A stretch of DNA of 64,000 nt from Octopus vulgaris (lineage: Eukaryota): positions 54,808,001-54,872,000 of the forward strand of contig OX597827.1 of the NCBI GenBank assembly GCA_951406725.2, read 5' to 3'. A model generated the notes under the pieces. The model was not told the DNA's origin. It saw only the letters and a program-made list of their open reading frames with translations, and did not search any database. A program made the translations under genes and the position numbers. The number at the start of each line of letters is the position of its first letter. The stretch's first letter is position 1. Below, in pieces: positions 11,390 to 23,630 of this stretch.

Positions 11390-11610
11390 CCCTTTCGTTA
11401 CCAACCCGGCTGAAACTGGCTCTGGCTCTGTTGTACAAATGTCTTGTTTTCATAAGTTTCAAATTAAAATCTTCCGCCAAAACTTAGTCACAATTTATGT
11501 TCTTAACACTAGCTGAATGATAACTAAGTTATTTTACCAAATTCTTTGTTATATTTAAAGTAATTGAAAGAAACACAGAGCATTTCAAAATAAATAGAGT
11601 AATGAAAGGG
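11390..11610. mobile_element. piggyBac-type MITE family 1
   Basis: TTAA|CCCTTTCGTTAC...GTAATGAAAGGG|TCAA; homologous to 45321-45541 and 58509-58733. Confidence 0.8.
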
Positions 11611-12627
11611 TCAAAGGCACCCATTGACTGTCCATGCAACAGGGTCAAACAGTGTAATGGAGTAAGTCTACCACTGAAATAGCCCACAGCAGGGTTTGAA
11701 CTCAGAAAACAAAACTGGAACAAATACTGCATGGCATCCTCTCTTGACAATTAACTGATATTTACTGCCACCCCCCATCCCTCTGGGGTTGAATGGCAGA
11801 GTTAACCTCAGCAAGATTTGAACTCAAAAAACACTGAGCTGAAATAGATATCACAAAGCATTTTGCCTAATGTTCTATCAATGCTGCCAATTCCACCTAC
11901 AAAAGACATGATAGCATTGGTTGGAATGCCTTTGATCATCAGCATTCAGGACCAACCTGGAATGCCTTTGATTGTAAGAATTCAGGACCAACCTGGAGCT
12001 AAATAAGACTGACAACAACTACTAAAACACCGTGACTATACACACATCACTTCAATAATTCTGAAATGAGATTTTATGTTGCTTTTTTTTTTTTCTTCTT
12101 TTTTTCTTAATTAAATTATCCATGTTTAAAAAGATTAGTGTTTCTCAAAACCAAACTCTAAAATCAAAGAAATTATAAATAATTAAATTTAAAAGAAGAA
12201 AAAAATTCGAAATGATTAATAAGTCAACAGAACCTCTTCATAGAAATTAACTTTTAAAATATAAGAATTTAGTCAGATTTTTTTTCTTTCTTCTTTTTTA
12301 AACAAAACTGCAGAAGAAATAATTCCATACAGCTGTTTTGATAATATCAAATACAAGTCAGTAGTATCAAAGGAAATTAGAATGATTATATGTAGTTGTT
12401 TTGTTGGGTGTTTTTTCTTCTTTTTTTTTTCATACAAATGTTGGCTTCTTTAATATTGTAATGTGAAGAGGTGGAGGTATTTCAAGCAAGAACAACAGAA
12501 TTTCACTGCTATATGATGCAAGTAATTGGTCCTCTGTCAGTTTCAGCAAGGAATTTTCAGCTGTTCATTGAGTTAGCATGTAAGTGGCTGAGTATTCCAC
12601 AGTTGCATGTAGCTTAACCCTTTAGCA

Positions 12628-13369
12628 CAGGGGTTCTCAACCAAGGTCCATATAAGATTTTTTTGTTAAAATTTATGTGCAGTAAATTGGATTTATTTCA
12701 ACGATACACAAAATATTTTAACATTTTTTTTAATACAGTCCCTAATAATATCATCATCATTGTTTAACGTCCGCTTTCCATGCTTGCGTGGGTTGGACGA
12801 TTTGACTGAGGACTTGCGAACCAGATGGCTGCACCAGGCTCCAATCTTGATCTGGCAGTGTTTCTACAGCTGGATGCCCTTCCTAACACCAACCACTCCA
12901 AGAGTGTAGTAGGTGCTCTTATGTGCCACCGGCATGAGGGCCAGTCAGGCGGTACTGGCAACGGCCACGCTCAAATGGTGTTTTTTACATGCCACCTGCA
13001 CAGGAGCCAGTCCAGCGGCACTGGCAATGACCTCGCTGAAATGTATTTTCACGTGCCACCGGCACAAGTGCCAGGCGATGCTGGTAACGATCACGCTCGA
13101 ATGGTGCCTCTTACATGCCACCAGCACAGAAGCCAGTTAGCTGCTCTGGCAACGATCATGCCCGGATGGTGCTCTTAGCACTCCACTAGCGCGAATGCCA
13201 GTCATCGAATTTGATTTTGATTTCACTTGCCTCAACAGGTTTTTGCAAGCAGAGTAGGTCTTCGCATAATATGACTTTTCTTAAACACTGAATGACTATG
13301 AGGGAAGGTTCAGCAGAGTAAAATAGGAATCAAATGGGTCCACAGGCAAAAAATGGTTGAGAAACACTA
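12628..13369. mobile_element. hAT-type MITE with 8-bp TSD
   Basis: TIR CAGGGGTTCTCAACC / GGTTGAGAAACACTA; TSD CTTTAGCA at 12620-12627 and 13370-13377. Confidence 0.85.
12752..13260 (-). mobile_element. RTE-type 3' tail element (family C), long form with internal GTGCCACCGGCAC repeats
   Basis: (CAT)n-GTTTAACGTCCGCTTTCCATG..CTGGATGCCCTTCCTAACACCAACC. Confidence 0.8.
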
Positions 13370-13619
13370 CTTTAGCATTTAAACCAGCCATATTCAGCCA
13401 AAATATTCTACCTGTTTCATCATCAAACTGGTTAGATCCGGCCCTAAAAATAAACAATCATGTCATTGAAATCTCAATGCTACATGCTAATGCATGTCTA
13501 ATTGAATAAATAAGCATTCCATTTGACAGAGGAATCTGAATGCTAAAGGGTTACTACGATTCTCAGGTAGAATCAGTATGACAGTGTGTGGACAAGGCCA
13601 AACATTTGAATTACCCTAA

Positions 13620-13950
13620 CAGGGTGCATAGCTCGGAAATCCAGGAATCTCTCCAAGTCAAGCTGTTATTTCTCTTGCTTTGAGAGGCTACAATTCCATG
13701 GCTACGGACATGTCATTAAAATGTCGCTGGAAAGAATCGCAAGATGGATTCTTCAAGCTGAGCCAACCAGCAGGAAAATTAAAAACAGACCAAGAATGAG
13801 ATCCATATTCTCAGTTGGTCACAGTTGGTAATCCAGATGGAATGTGTAATGATAGTTGCTTCCGATGTGATCCTACGAAGGAGGTGCCTGACGACTCTAT
13901 CCCCCACCCCCAGGAATAGTGGACAGAGAAAATGAATGGTGTTACAGTCT
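13620..13950 (+). pseudogene. Decayed C-terminus of an RTE-clade LINE ORF
   Basis: Frameshifted translation SSEIQESLQVKLLFLL / ERLQFHGYGHVIKMSLERIARWILQAEPTSRKIKNRPRMR matches the RTE 'LRWYGHVxRM..GRRPRGRPRxRW' motif. Confidence 0.75.
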
Positions 13951-14161
13951 ATTCGACAGGCTTCCAAATAATTTTCATTTACACAATTTCATGCACAAGG
14001 CTTAGAGGCTACATCTACATAAATAGCTTTTCCTTTTTGTCAGCTTTTGATTTAAAAAAAAATATTGACTGGCAATGAAATAACACATTGTGATTTAACA
14101 TATTTTTCATTCTTTACTTACACATAGTAAAATAATCATGTTATTATTGTACCTAGATATA

Positions 14162-14375
14162 AAGCGGTGAGCTGGCAGAACTGTAAGCATGCTGGGCAAA
14201 ATGCTAAGCAGCATTTTGTCTGTCACTATGTTCTGAGTTCAAATTCCGCCAAGGTCAACCTTGCCTTTCATCCTTTCAGGATTGATAAAATAAGTACCAG
14301 ATGAACAGCAGGACCAAAGTAATCGACTTACCCCACCCCTGAAATTGCTGGCCTTGTGTCAAAATTTGAAACCAT
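14162..14375 (+). mobile_element. Family-B SINE
   Basis: GCGGTGAGCTGGCAGAA..GAGTTCAAATTCC..GCCTTTCATCCTTTCAGG..AAGTACCAG. Confidence 0.85.
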
Positions 14376-14405
14376 TATTGTGTGTAGATATGAAATTTAA
14401 AGTAA

Positions 14406-14585
14406 CTAGCAGTATCGCCCGGCATTGCTTGGGTTTGTTTTGACCCTTTAGAATTGGAATTTTTGAAAAGTAAAAATTTTGCATTATCTAGCTTGTTATT
14501 CTCTTTAAGTGAACATTTTTCTGGTTGAAATACACTGAAAAATGGCGACACAGCAGTAAAAAATTCATAAAAAATAGGGATTTCC
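14406..14585 (-). mobile_element. Helitron-like 3' end (other boundary uncertain)
   Basis: A|CTAG followed by hairpin CCCGGCATTGCTTGGG, same architecture as the element at 37436. Confidence 0.5.
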
Positions 14586-15659
14586 AGGAACCAATGGGTC
14601 TGTGGCTTTTGATTGACTAAAATTATCCAAAATTTAAAAATTTTAAAAGCTATTAATTTTTATTTATTAACTTATGGCAAAAATTAATTTCAGTTTCATA
14701 ATCAGCATACAAAACTAAATCAGTACTCCTAATTTGAAAACAACTGAAACAAACTTTGAAAAGAGAGTAGAAATCTCTGACAGCAACAGCAAAGATTCCT
14801 GGAACTTATTCTCATCATCCACAAGGAGTATACTGCCCAAATACTATGAAATAGTCGTATGAGCTTTAATCTCTAAACATGTGAATCACGTCCACATATT
14901 GGATTATATTCATGTCTAAGTTTAAATTATTTCCGCAAAATCCCTTTTATTGTGCTTCTCTGTGCAAAGTAGATTACTCTGCTTGCCTCAGCTAATTTTC
15001 TCTCTTACTCTGCATCTCTCCCATGTGGCAGTAAAGTTAGTTTGAGAAAGATATCAAATAGACGAAAGAAAGTATTTCCCTTGCCACATCAACATATATA
15101 TATATATATATTAGTAAATTGATAGTGAACACGGCCTTTAAAGAGTTTTTACAGACAAAATGTGCTATGTTCACTTGGGATGCTTTTTGAGATACTGAGT
15201 AACATCATACTGGGGATAGACACTATTACTGGTTTAATTAATCGGATCATTGACATTATCCATTAATAATTAATTGTTGGCGCCTTTAGTAATTATTTCA
15301 GTTCAGTGTGGGAGCCTCAGCATAGTCTCTTGATCATTTAGATAAAAGCAGCCAAATTTCCCTCAAATCTCACCATCCATCTCCCAACACGAAAGAACTC
15401 ATTGGACAGTTTAGCCCTAGATTTACAAAAAGACAAGATAACCATGACTGGAACACTTCCGATCTAGGTCTGCTTGATCAAAGCTGACTTGGAATTAAAC
15501 AAAAGCAATTTCAGATACAAAGCATATGTTGGTGTATAGAAATTACAGAAGGCTAAAATAACAGACTTGGTTTAATGAAAGTGGTAGAATTTCATTGCAA
15601 AGCTTGTAAAGAATTGTTAAAATAGAATACAGTTCAGTCATATAGTCTTCTTCATTATA

Positions 15660-16062
15660 GGTGGAGGTATGGTTGTGTGGTTAAGAACTGCATTTTGCAA
15701 TCACATGGTTCTGTCCCAATGTGCAGCACCTTGAAGAGGTGCCTTATACTATAGCTGCAGGCTGACCAATGTTTTGTGAATGAATTTAGAAGACAGAAAC
15801 TGTACAAAAGATCATCAAATATACGTGTGTGTGTATGTGTTCGTACTTGTGTGTTTATTTGTATTTATCCCTCTATCATCACTTGATGACAGTGTTGTTT
15901 ACTCCCCCATAACTTAGCAACTTGGCAGAAGAGATTGATAGAAAAAGTACCAGATTTTAAAACCACGAGTACTGAGGATAATTTTTTCGACTAAACCCTT
16001 CAAGGCAGTGCTCCAGTATGGCCACAGTCCATCAACTGAAACAAATGAAAAGTAAAAGATAA
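15660..16062 (+). mobile_element. Family-A SINE, diverged
   Basis: Head, internal (TG)n, GTGCTCCAGTATGGCCACAGTC..TGAAACAA tail. Confidence 0.8.
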
Positions 16063-17617
16063 ATCGTTATTGTTGTTGAATGCAATTTCAGTGAGCACTT
16101 TTATCACTGGAAATAAATGAGGTGATTTCTGTTTTGTAATAAAAGCCATCTTTCATTGATTACTAGTAAGTCATGTCTGCCGTCTATATCGTCCAAATTC
16201 ACTGAAAGCATTCATATATTTCAATCAGTTTTAGCTTAAGTTACTTAGTTAACCTATTCTAAAGAAAAGTTTATGGAATTTCATATCAAATCTAGTTTAC
16301 TGGAAGATTTTGCTCATGTAAAAATTGCATTTTCTGTAACGTTTATCTGAAATTTTCTAGCATATGACACTGAAGTTTAGTAACATCTGGAAAGAAATGA
16401 AATGAGTGAAATATAATGGATTTTCAATTTGAGCTGAAACGCTTTAAGTGCAGACAAATTAAGATAAGACATTCATTTAGAGTTAGCTCTTGTTGATACT
16501 TAGATGTGTTTACTGAATAAGATACCAAGCTGTTGGAAACAGTCTATTTTTGATCCACTTACATCTTACTCTATAAATAAAACCCAAAATTGTACTATCA
16601 GATAGTGCGTAGTTTCTTCCTACTCTCAGAACATTAACTACAGACATTATAGTTCTTACACTTTTTCTTTCCTTCTCTCTTTTTATTATATTTAAATAAT
16701 GATCTTATTATGATGTACTCTATTGCTTGGTTATTTTCTCAAGGGTTCTGTTCTAAAATACAGAATTGAAATGAAAATAAAATGTAATTCAATTTAAGAA
16801 TAATCAATGTTTCTGTTCTTTAAGCAAATGAAAGTTTAAATGAACTAGATATTTCGAAAAAGTAATGCATTGATTCAAAGTAGCAAAAGAACAAATGCAA
16901 GAGTTGACATTTGGTCAGTATTTAGAATAAGAAGTAGTTTAGCCAATTTTTGTGAGAGTATCATTTACAAATATCCATTGACAGCATTTTATATTTTTTC
17001 ATTCTCCTGACATCACTTTAATCAAATGTTTTACATTTGTCAGTCACCTGGGGTTTTTTTTCATCATGTTGTAAAAAAAACGAAAAACATCTGATTCAGA
17101 TGTCAAGTGTTACCTGAAGCTGCTGATATCAAACAGGCTTCAGACTGCAATTGTTTTTGTTTTTTTTTCTTATCTTGGACTAATTTTCTTACCTAAAAAT
17201 GGTTTGCAGTGCTGTGACAACTTAGACATGTTTTCATCTGCAATACAGCATGTCTTTTTGGTATATTTGGTTATAGTTTGTATCGTGGTATAGCAAATGA
17301 TTCTCACTCCTTTTTACAATTCAGAGTAGAATTTCAGTTTATTACAGCACCAGCAAATGAAACTCGTTAATTTATATAGTATCTCAGCCACTTAAGTTGA
17401 TGAAGTGTATTCCCAGATTCTGTGTATTTATAAATGGATTGAATTATTGAATTAATTATCTTCGCCAAAGACAATACACAGTTGCAAAGATGGATTATGA
17501 ATTTTGTTCTCTTCATGGTACAATTCAATTAACTGTTCATTCACAAGAACTTTTAATTGAAGTCTTTTTCTTTAACGATTGTGTTGTGTAATGCTGTTTT
17601 GTTATGAAGTTAATATC

Positions 17618-17815
17618 AATTTCAAATTTTGGCACAAGGCCAGCAATTTCGGGGGAGGGTGTAAATCAATTACACTGACCACAGTGCACAACTGGTACTT
17701 TTTTTTATTGACCCAGAAAGGATGAAAGGCACAATTGACCTCAGCAGAATTTGAACTCAGAGCATAAAAGCAGACAAAATGCTGCTTAGCATTTTGGCTG
17801 GCATGGTAATGATTC
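17618..17815 (-). mobile_element. Family-B SINE
   Basis: Reverse complement of family-B body. Confidence 0.8.
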
Positions 17816-17849
17816 ATTAATATTTAAAAAAATAATAAATGCGCCCTTT

Positions 17850-18090
17850 TTTAAAGCCTAGCCAGGCTCATGGGCCTGGTTTCACAGTTTCTATGGCGTA
17901 TATGTTCCCCAGCTGGACGGGGCACCAGTCCAGTGCAGCGTTACTCATTTTTGCCAGCTGAGTGGACTGGAGCAATGTGAAATGAAGTGTTTTGCTCAAG
18001 AACACAACATGTCGCCCGGTCCAGGAAGCGAAACCACACTCTTACGATCATGATGCTAACACCCTAACCACTAAGCCACGTGCCTCCACA
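17850..18090 (-). mobile_element. Family-D tRNA-derived SINE
   Basis: Minus strand GTGGCTTAGTGGTTAGGGTG..GGTTTCGCTTCC..TTGAGCAAAACACTTCATTTCACATTGCTCCAGTCCACTCAGCTG; also at 43655 (+), 41975 (-) and 54150 (-). Confidence 0.8.
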
Positions 18091-18240
18091 TTCATTAATA
18101 TTAACAGTCATTAATACTAAGTTCATATTTTTCTTAGCATTGCTTTACTAAAAACCCTGTTTTCTACATTTAAATTAAACACTTAAAAGCTTATTTAAAT
18201 TTCTTTTCATGTTTATTATATTTACTTTTATATAATTAAT

Positions 18241-18628
18241 CAGGCTGTGTGGTAGGAATCTTGGTTCCCAACCACATGGCTCGGTGTTCAGTCCCACTGC
18301 TTGGCACCTTGGCCAAGTGTCTTCTAATATAGTCTCAGGCTGACCAAAGCCTTGTGAGTAGATTTGATTGACAGAAACTGAAAGAAGCCTGTCATATATA
18401 TATATATGAATATATATTTATTTCTGTGTGTCTTTGTGTCTGTATTTGTCCTCCCAACCACCACTTGACAACTGGTGCTGGTGTGTTTACATCCCTGGTT
18501 CAGCAAAAGAGACCAATAGAATAAGTACAATAAGTACTGAGGTTAATACATTCAACTCAAAATTCTTCAAGGCAGTGTCCCCACATGGTGGCAGTCTAGT
18601 GACTAAAACAAGTATAAAGATAAAAGAA
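18241..18628 (+). mobile_element. Family-A SINE
   Basis: Full body with internal (TA)n. Confidence 0.85.
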
Positions 18629-18834
18629 CTGTTCTAATAATTTATTGTATTATTTTCTATAAATATTCATTATTAACCTAGTAACATAAAATACTATTTT
18701 CTTACCATTGCCAAATATATTTAAGAAAACATTTACATGGTACCTTGGCATTAGTCAGAATTGATTTGTTAATGAGTAACAAAACTAAAAAAAAAACCCA
18801 AAAAACTAAACAGTGAAAAAATAAATAATGAAGA

Positions 18835-19220
18835 TAGGAGTGGCTGTGTGGTAAGTAGCTTGCTTACGAACCACATGGTTCTGGGTTCAGTCCCACTGTG
18901 GGGCACCTTGCACAAGTATCTTCTGCTATAGCTTCGGGCTGACCAAAGCCTTGTGAGTGGATTTGGTAGGCGGAAACTGAAAGAAGCCTGTCGTATGTGT
19001 ATATATATATGTGTATGTTTGTGTGTCTGTGTTTGTCCCCCCAACATCGCTTGACAACCGATGCTGGTGTGTTTATGTCCCCCGTAACTTAGCAGTTCAG
19101 CAAAAGACTCTGATAGAATAAGTACTAGGCTTACAAAGAATAAGTCCTGGGGTCGATTTGCTCAACTAAAGGTAGTGCTCCAGCATGGCCACAGTCAAAT
19201 GACTGAAACAAGTAAAAGAG
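18835..19220 (+). mobile_element. Family-A SINE, full length, young
   Basis: AGGAGTGGCTGTGTGGTAAG...GACTGAAACAAGTAAAAGAG. Confidence 0.9.
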
Positions 19221-19222
19221 CA

Positions 19223-19508
19223 TAGTCTGGATGTTATATCATCATCATCATCATCATCGTCGTTTAACGTCCACTTTCCATGCTGGCATGGGTTGGACGG
19301 TTTGACTGAGGACTGGCGAACCAGAAGGCTGCACCAGGCTCCAGTCGGATCTGGCAAAGTTTCTACAGATGTAGAAACTTTACCAGATCCAATTGAAGCT
19401 TGGTGCAGCCTTCTGGCTCGCCAGTCCTCAGTCAAACCATCCAACTCATGCCAGGATGGAAAGCGGACGTTAAACGATTATGATGACGATGATATAACAT
19501 CCAGACTA
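19223..19508. repeat. ~285-bp palindrome made of an inverted family-C tail plus flanking sequence
   Basis: TAGTCTGGATGTTATATC...TTCTACA|GA|TGTAGAA...GATATAACATCCAGACTA. Confidence 0.92.
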
Positions 19509-20424
19509 GCTCCATTATTTCTTTTTTTCTTTGTTTGGTTTGTTTCTTTTGAGTTTTGTTGCAATGTTTTAATTCCAGTATTTACATTAACATCATCAAA
19601 CAACTTCAGAAAATATGCACATTGTCTCTGTTTTTGAAATTTTGTAGCATTTATTCATTTCTCAACATTTTATATTGCCTATGGCTACATAGTAGAATAA
19701 TCAGTTCTTTTATCCAACAGATGTTGGTTTCAAGATCCATACATTGAAATAAATAAACACACATGCACACACATCAGCTTAATAGAAGTTCCCTGGTGAA
19801 AAACCTCACCAGGAGCTACATACATCTAGCTTGGTGAATGAAGATATATATCTTTCTGATTGCATCTCGAATTCATCTCAGTTTACTTATACGACTATGT
19901 TTATTCATAACTTTTTAAAAAAGACTAAAACAACTTTTGACTTACATTCTGTAATTGTCCATGAGCTGTATGGATCAAATATGTAGATATTGAAACTTGT
20001 GTCTACACATGATGGGAAGACAGAAAATGATACAGGGGTGATTCAAATGTCATTTAGTGTTAATATAGACTAACAAACAAGATAGATTGAGGTCAAGTTC
20101 TTGATGTATGCTTTCTCTTTATCCTTCCCTCTTACCTCCCACTTTCTCCCACAGCCTTCACCCACCTCTTTGCAGCATTCATTAATCATCTTGATCCTAG
20201 TGCTCTATTGACTGCCATAACTCAGGGATTCTAGGATAATCTGTCTACTACCCTGCTATTCATACAATTAGTTGCCCAGATCACTCCAGGCAAATTGAGC
20301 TAAATATGCCCTGGCAATTTATTAATTCAACAAGATTACTTTTAGATTGTAACAGCTTTAGGATAATGAATATTGTCCCATTTTTTGATAACATTTCCTA
20401 AAATATTAAAGAAATATTCTCCTG

Positions 20425-20650
20425 TATTTTTCAGTCATTTGACTGTGGCCATGCTGGAGCACTGCCTTAAAGGGTTTTTTTAGTTGAAGAAATTGACCCC
20501 AGGACTTATTCTTTGTAAGCCTAGTACTTATTCTATCAGTATCTTTTGGTAAACTGCTAAGTTACGAGAATGCAAATATACCAGCATTGGTTGTCACGTG
20601 ATGACGGGGGGCAAAGATCCATAAAGATATATGTGGGTGTATATATATAG
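20425..20650 (-). mobile_element. Family-A SINE 3' half
   Basis: CAGTCATTTGACTGTGGCCATGCTGGAGCAC..., ending at (TA)n. Confidence 0.8.
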
Positions 20651-22752
20651 ATTATGGATAATTGTTAGCTCATTACAGCTGTTTCTGATACATTTTTAAA
20701 TAGAAGAATGAGAACATTACTCCATTACAAAAAAAATACGTAATCATCATATGAAAAGTAATTTTACAAACAAAAGAATATCCCAAGAATACAGCAGGGA
20801 CATGGCTGAAGTCTGTCAAGATTAAGTAAGAGATAGGAGATAGGGTTTTCAAAGTCTTCCAGCCCAAACCCTATCTACTCAGTTAGTTGTAACTCTTCAA
20901 ACATTAATACCAAATAATATTTTTGCAACATTATTCATTATCAGGTGGTCAGGTTTTTTTCTTCTTTTTTCTCTCATACCAATATAAGACATTGAGCTAC
21001 ATGTCCTTTCTCTAATCTTCATCAACAAATAAGTGGTTGGGGGTCCTTATTTTATAGCTAGACTAAGTGTGATATAGCAGATATCTGAACTTCTGATATT
21101 TTGATTTAGTTACTAATTTAATTACTGACCACCCTCAAACTGGTTAACCACCTTGTTAAAACTGTGTTTGATAGTTAAACTGGCCATCTCCAACCCAATC
21201 TGGCTTTTTACACCTATTCTGCAATGCCATTTTAAAAATATACAAACACATCATCAAAATCTCATAGTTACAAGATAATATATACATGATTAATTCAAAA
21301 CAGTGTGGATGAAAAAGCATTACATTTGACAGAGTAAACTGAATGCTTTTAAAGAGTTAAACAAATGTGACTGGGATGTTTTCTTTTGAGTACTGCTTCA
21401 AGTTAATGTGTCTTTTGGTCTCTAAACTGTTATAGCTGGACGTGGTCTATTCATATACAGCATAAATCTATTTACATTTTGATGGTGATCTTTTTTTTTT
21501 TTTTTCATTTTCCTACACTTCCAAAAAAGGGTTACTCAACTGATTGGCATGGAGTTGATCACTAATATTCCTCAACCTAATATGCCTCCCCTTAATCTCT
21601 CTTTCAGTACCCTTTCAACAACCACAACTGGCTAGTGTTGCAAGGCCTCTACTTCAACATTCCTGACTCATTCATCACTCTCCTTCCTGTCACTTATATT
21701 GCATCTGTCTCTACCCACAAACCTGACACTAATCACAACATCCATTCCTTCCTTTTCAGAATGATGCCCCTCTCCCAACTAAGCTTCCTCCCAGTGCATG
21801 TTTTTCCTGTAGTCTTTCTAATTATAACAGCTTCAGGAGAAAGTAAACAGCACCAATCTCATTCATCTTGAAGAGTTTGTGAAGGTCATGGTTAATCTCC
21901 TTCTTCCAGACCAAACTAAATACAAACCTCAATTGCTATGTTTTATATAATTAGAAACTGAATATTGCATTCATGGGGCACTTGTAATTTATGATTCTAT
22001 TTATTGATATCTTTTCCGCTTTCCCTAACTTCTGGATAATTTTTATATTATGCCTCTTTAAATTCTCATTTCAAATCACAAAGACAATATGAAGTAGAAA
22101 GGACTCTTCAGTTTTGCTAAGAACAGGACAACTTTTCTTGTGTTGATGCTATATGCACTAAGAACTATATATAATGATTGGTCATTGAACAAGGACAACA
22201 TGATATTGAGAAGTTTCTTTAGTATTGCTGACCATCTTTCTAGTGCTGGTGCTGTGATAACCTGCATTGTATGTTAGCATTCACTGTAAATAATTGATAA
22301 CATTCATTGTAAAGTGTTGGTGACAGGAAGGGCAACAAGTTGTAGAAACCATGCTAAAAATGGAACAAACAAATAACAAGAAGGATACTAACTCTGAATA
22401 ACACCTGCCTCAGTCCATGAGAACATATCTAACCCATGCCACCATGGAAAAGCAGATGTAAACTGATAATGATGATGGTGATTGACTTTGCCTTTCATCC
22501 ATCAATTAATTATAACTTTTCCAAAGGTGGCAAGCTGGTCTGTATTGCCAGAGCTTCAGAGAAATACATTACTATATTTCTTCTAGCACTTTATGATCTA
22601 AGTTCAAATGCTTCCAATGTTTGAACTTTCTGACTTTGCTAAAATAGAGTACTACTCAAGTACTGGAGTCAGAGTGACTGACTACTCCCCATTCCACTCA
22701 CAAAGGCTGGCTTTGTACCTGAATTGGAAACATTAATATCATTATTATTATT

Positions 22753-22950
22753 AAGGCGGCGAGCTGGCAAAATCATTAGCATACTGGGCAAAATGCTCAA
22801 TGGCATTTCGTCTATCCTTACAATCAGAGTCCAAATTCCACCTAGGTCAACTTTGCCTTTTTCATTTCAAGGTTGATCAAATAAGTACCATCTACATTCT
22901 AGGGTCATTGTAATCAACAATTTCAGGCCTTGTGCCTATAGTAGAAAGGC

Positions 22951-22981
<31 letters not shown>

Positions 22982-23630
22982 CATTGAGGCAGCATATTGG
23001 CAGATTTGTTAGTGCACCAGACATGGCATTTCCTTTGGTTCTTAATATTCTGAGTTCAAATTCCACCAAGGAAGACTTCGCCTTTCATCCTTTCAGTCAT
23101 TAAAACAAGTACAAGTTGAGCACTGGTAAATTGCTGGCCATGTGCCAAACTTTGATACAATTAAGGTGCCAAACTGTCAGAATCACACCAGACAAAATGC
23201 TTTGTGACTTTTCTACTTGTTTACATTCTGAGTTCACATTCCACTGAGGTCGACTTTTTTCTTTTCATTCTTTTGGGGGTCAATAAAATAAGTACCAGTT
23301 GAACACTGGGATTGATGTAATTGACTTTGCTCCATCCCCTAAAATTTCTGGCCTTGTGCCAAAATTTGAAACCATTATTAGTAGTATTAATATTATTAAG
23401 GTGGTGAGCTGACAAACTTTTTAGCACAGTGGATGAAATGCTTAGTGGCATTTCACCCGTCTTTACGTTCTGAGTTCTAATTCCACCAAGGTTGACTTAG
23501 CCTTCCATGATTTCAAGGTCAGTGAAATTAGTACCAGTTGAACACTGGGGTCAATGTAATCAACTTACCCCCTCCTCGGACTTATTGGCCTTGTGCCAAA
23601 ATTTGAAACCATTATTATTAGTATTATTAT
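22753..23630 (+). mobile_element. Head-to-tail cluster of ~5 family-B SINEs with (TAT)n spacers
   Basis: Heads at ~22753, 22986, 23163 and 23398; a further fragment upstream at ~22525-22735. Confidence 0.85.

Larger units (their letters stand above)
12618..13550. mobile_element. piggyBac-type MITE family 2, interrupted by a hAT MITE
   Basis: TTAA|CCCTTTAGCA...TGCTAAAGGG|TTA. Confidence 0.75.

Noticed and set aside
12825-13178. Recurrent peptide 'FLQLDALPNANH' in several ORFs, suggesting a gene family
   Set aside because: Antisense translation of the family-C RTE 3' tail repeat
18835-18905. tRNA genes
   Set aside because: A/B boxes belong to SINE heads that run on into SINE bodies; no complete cloverleaf seen
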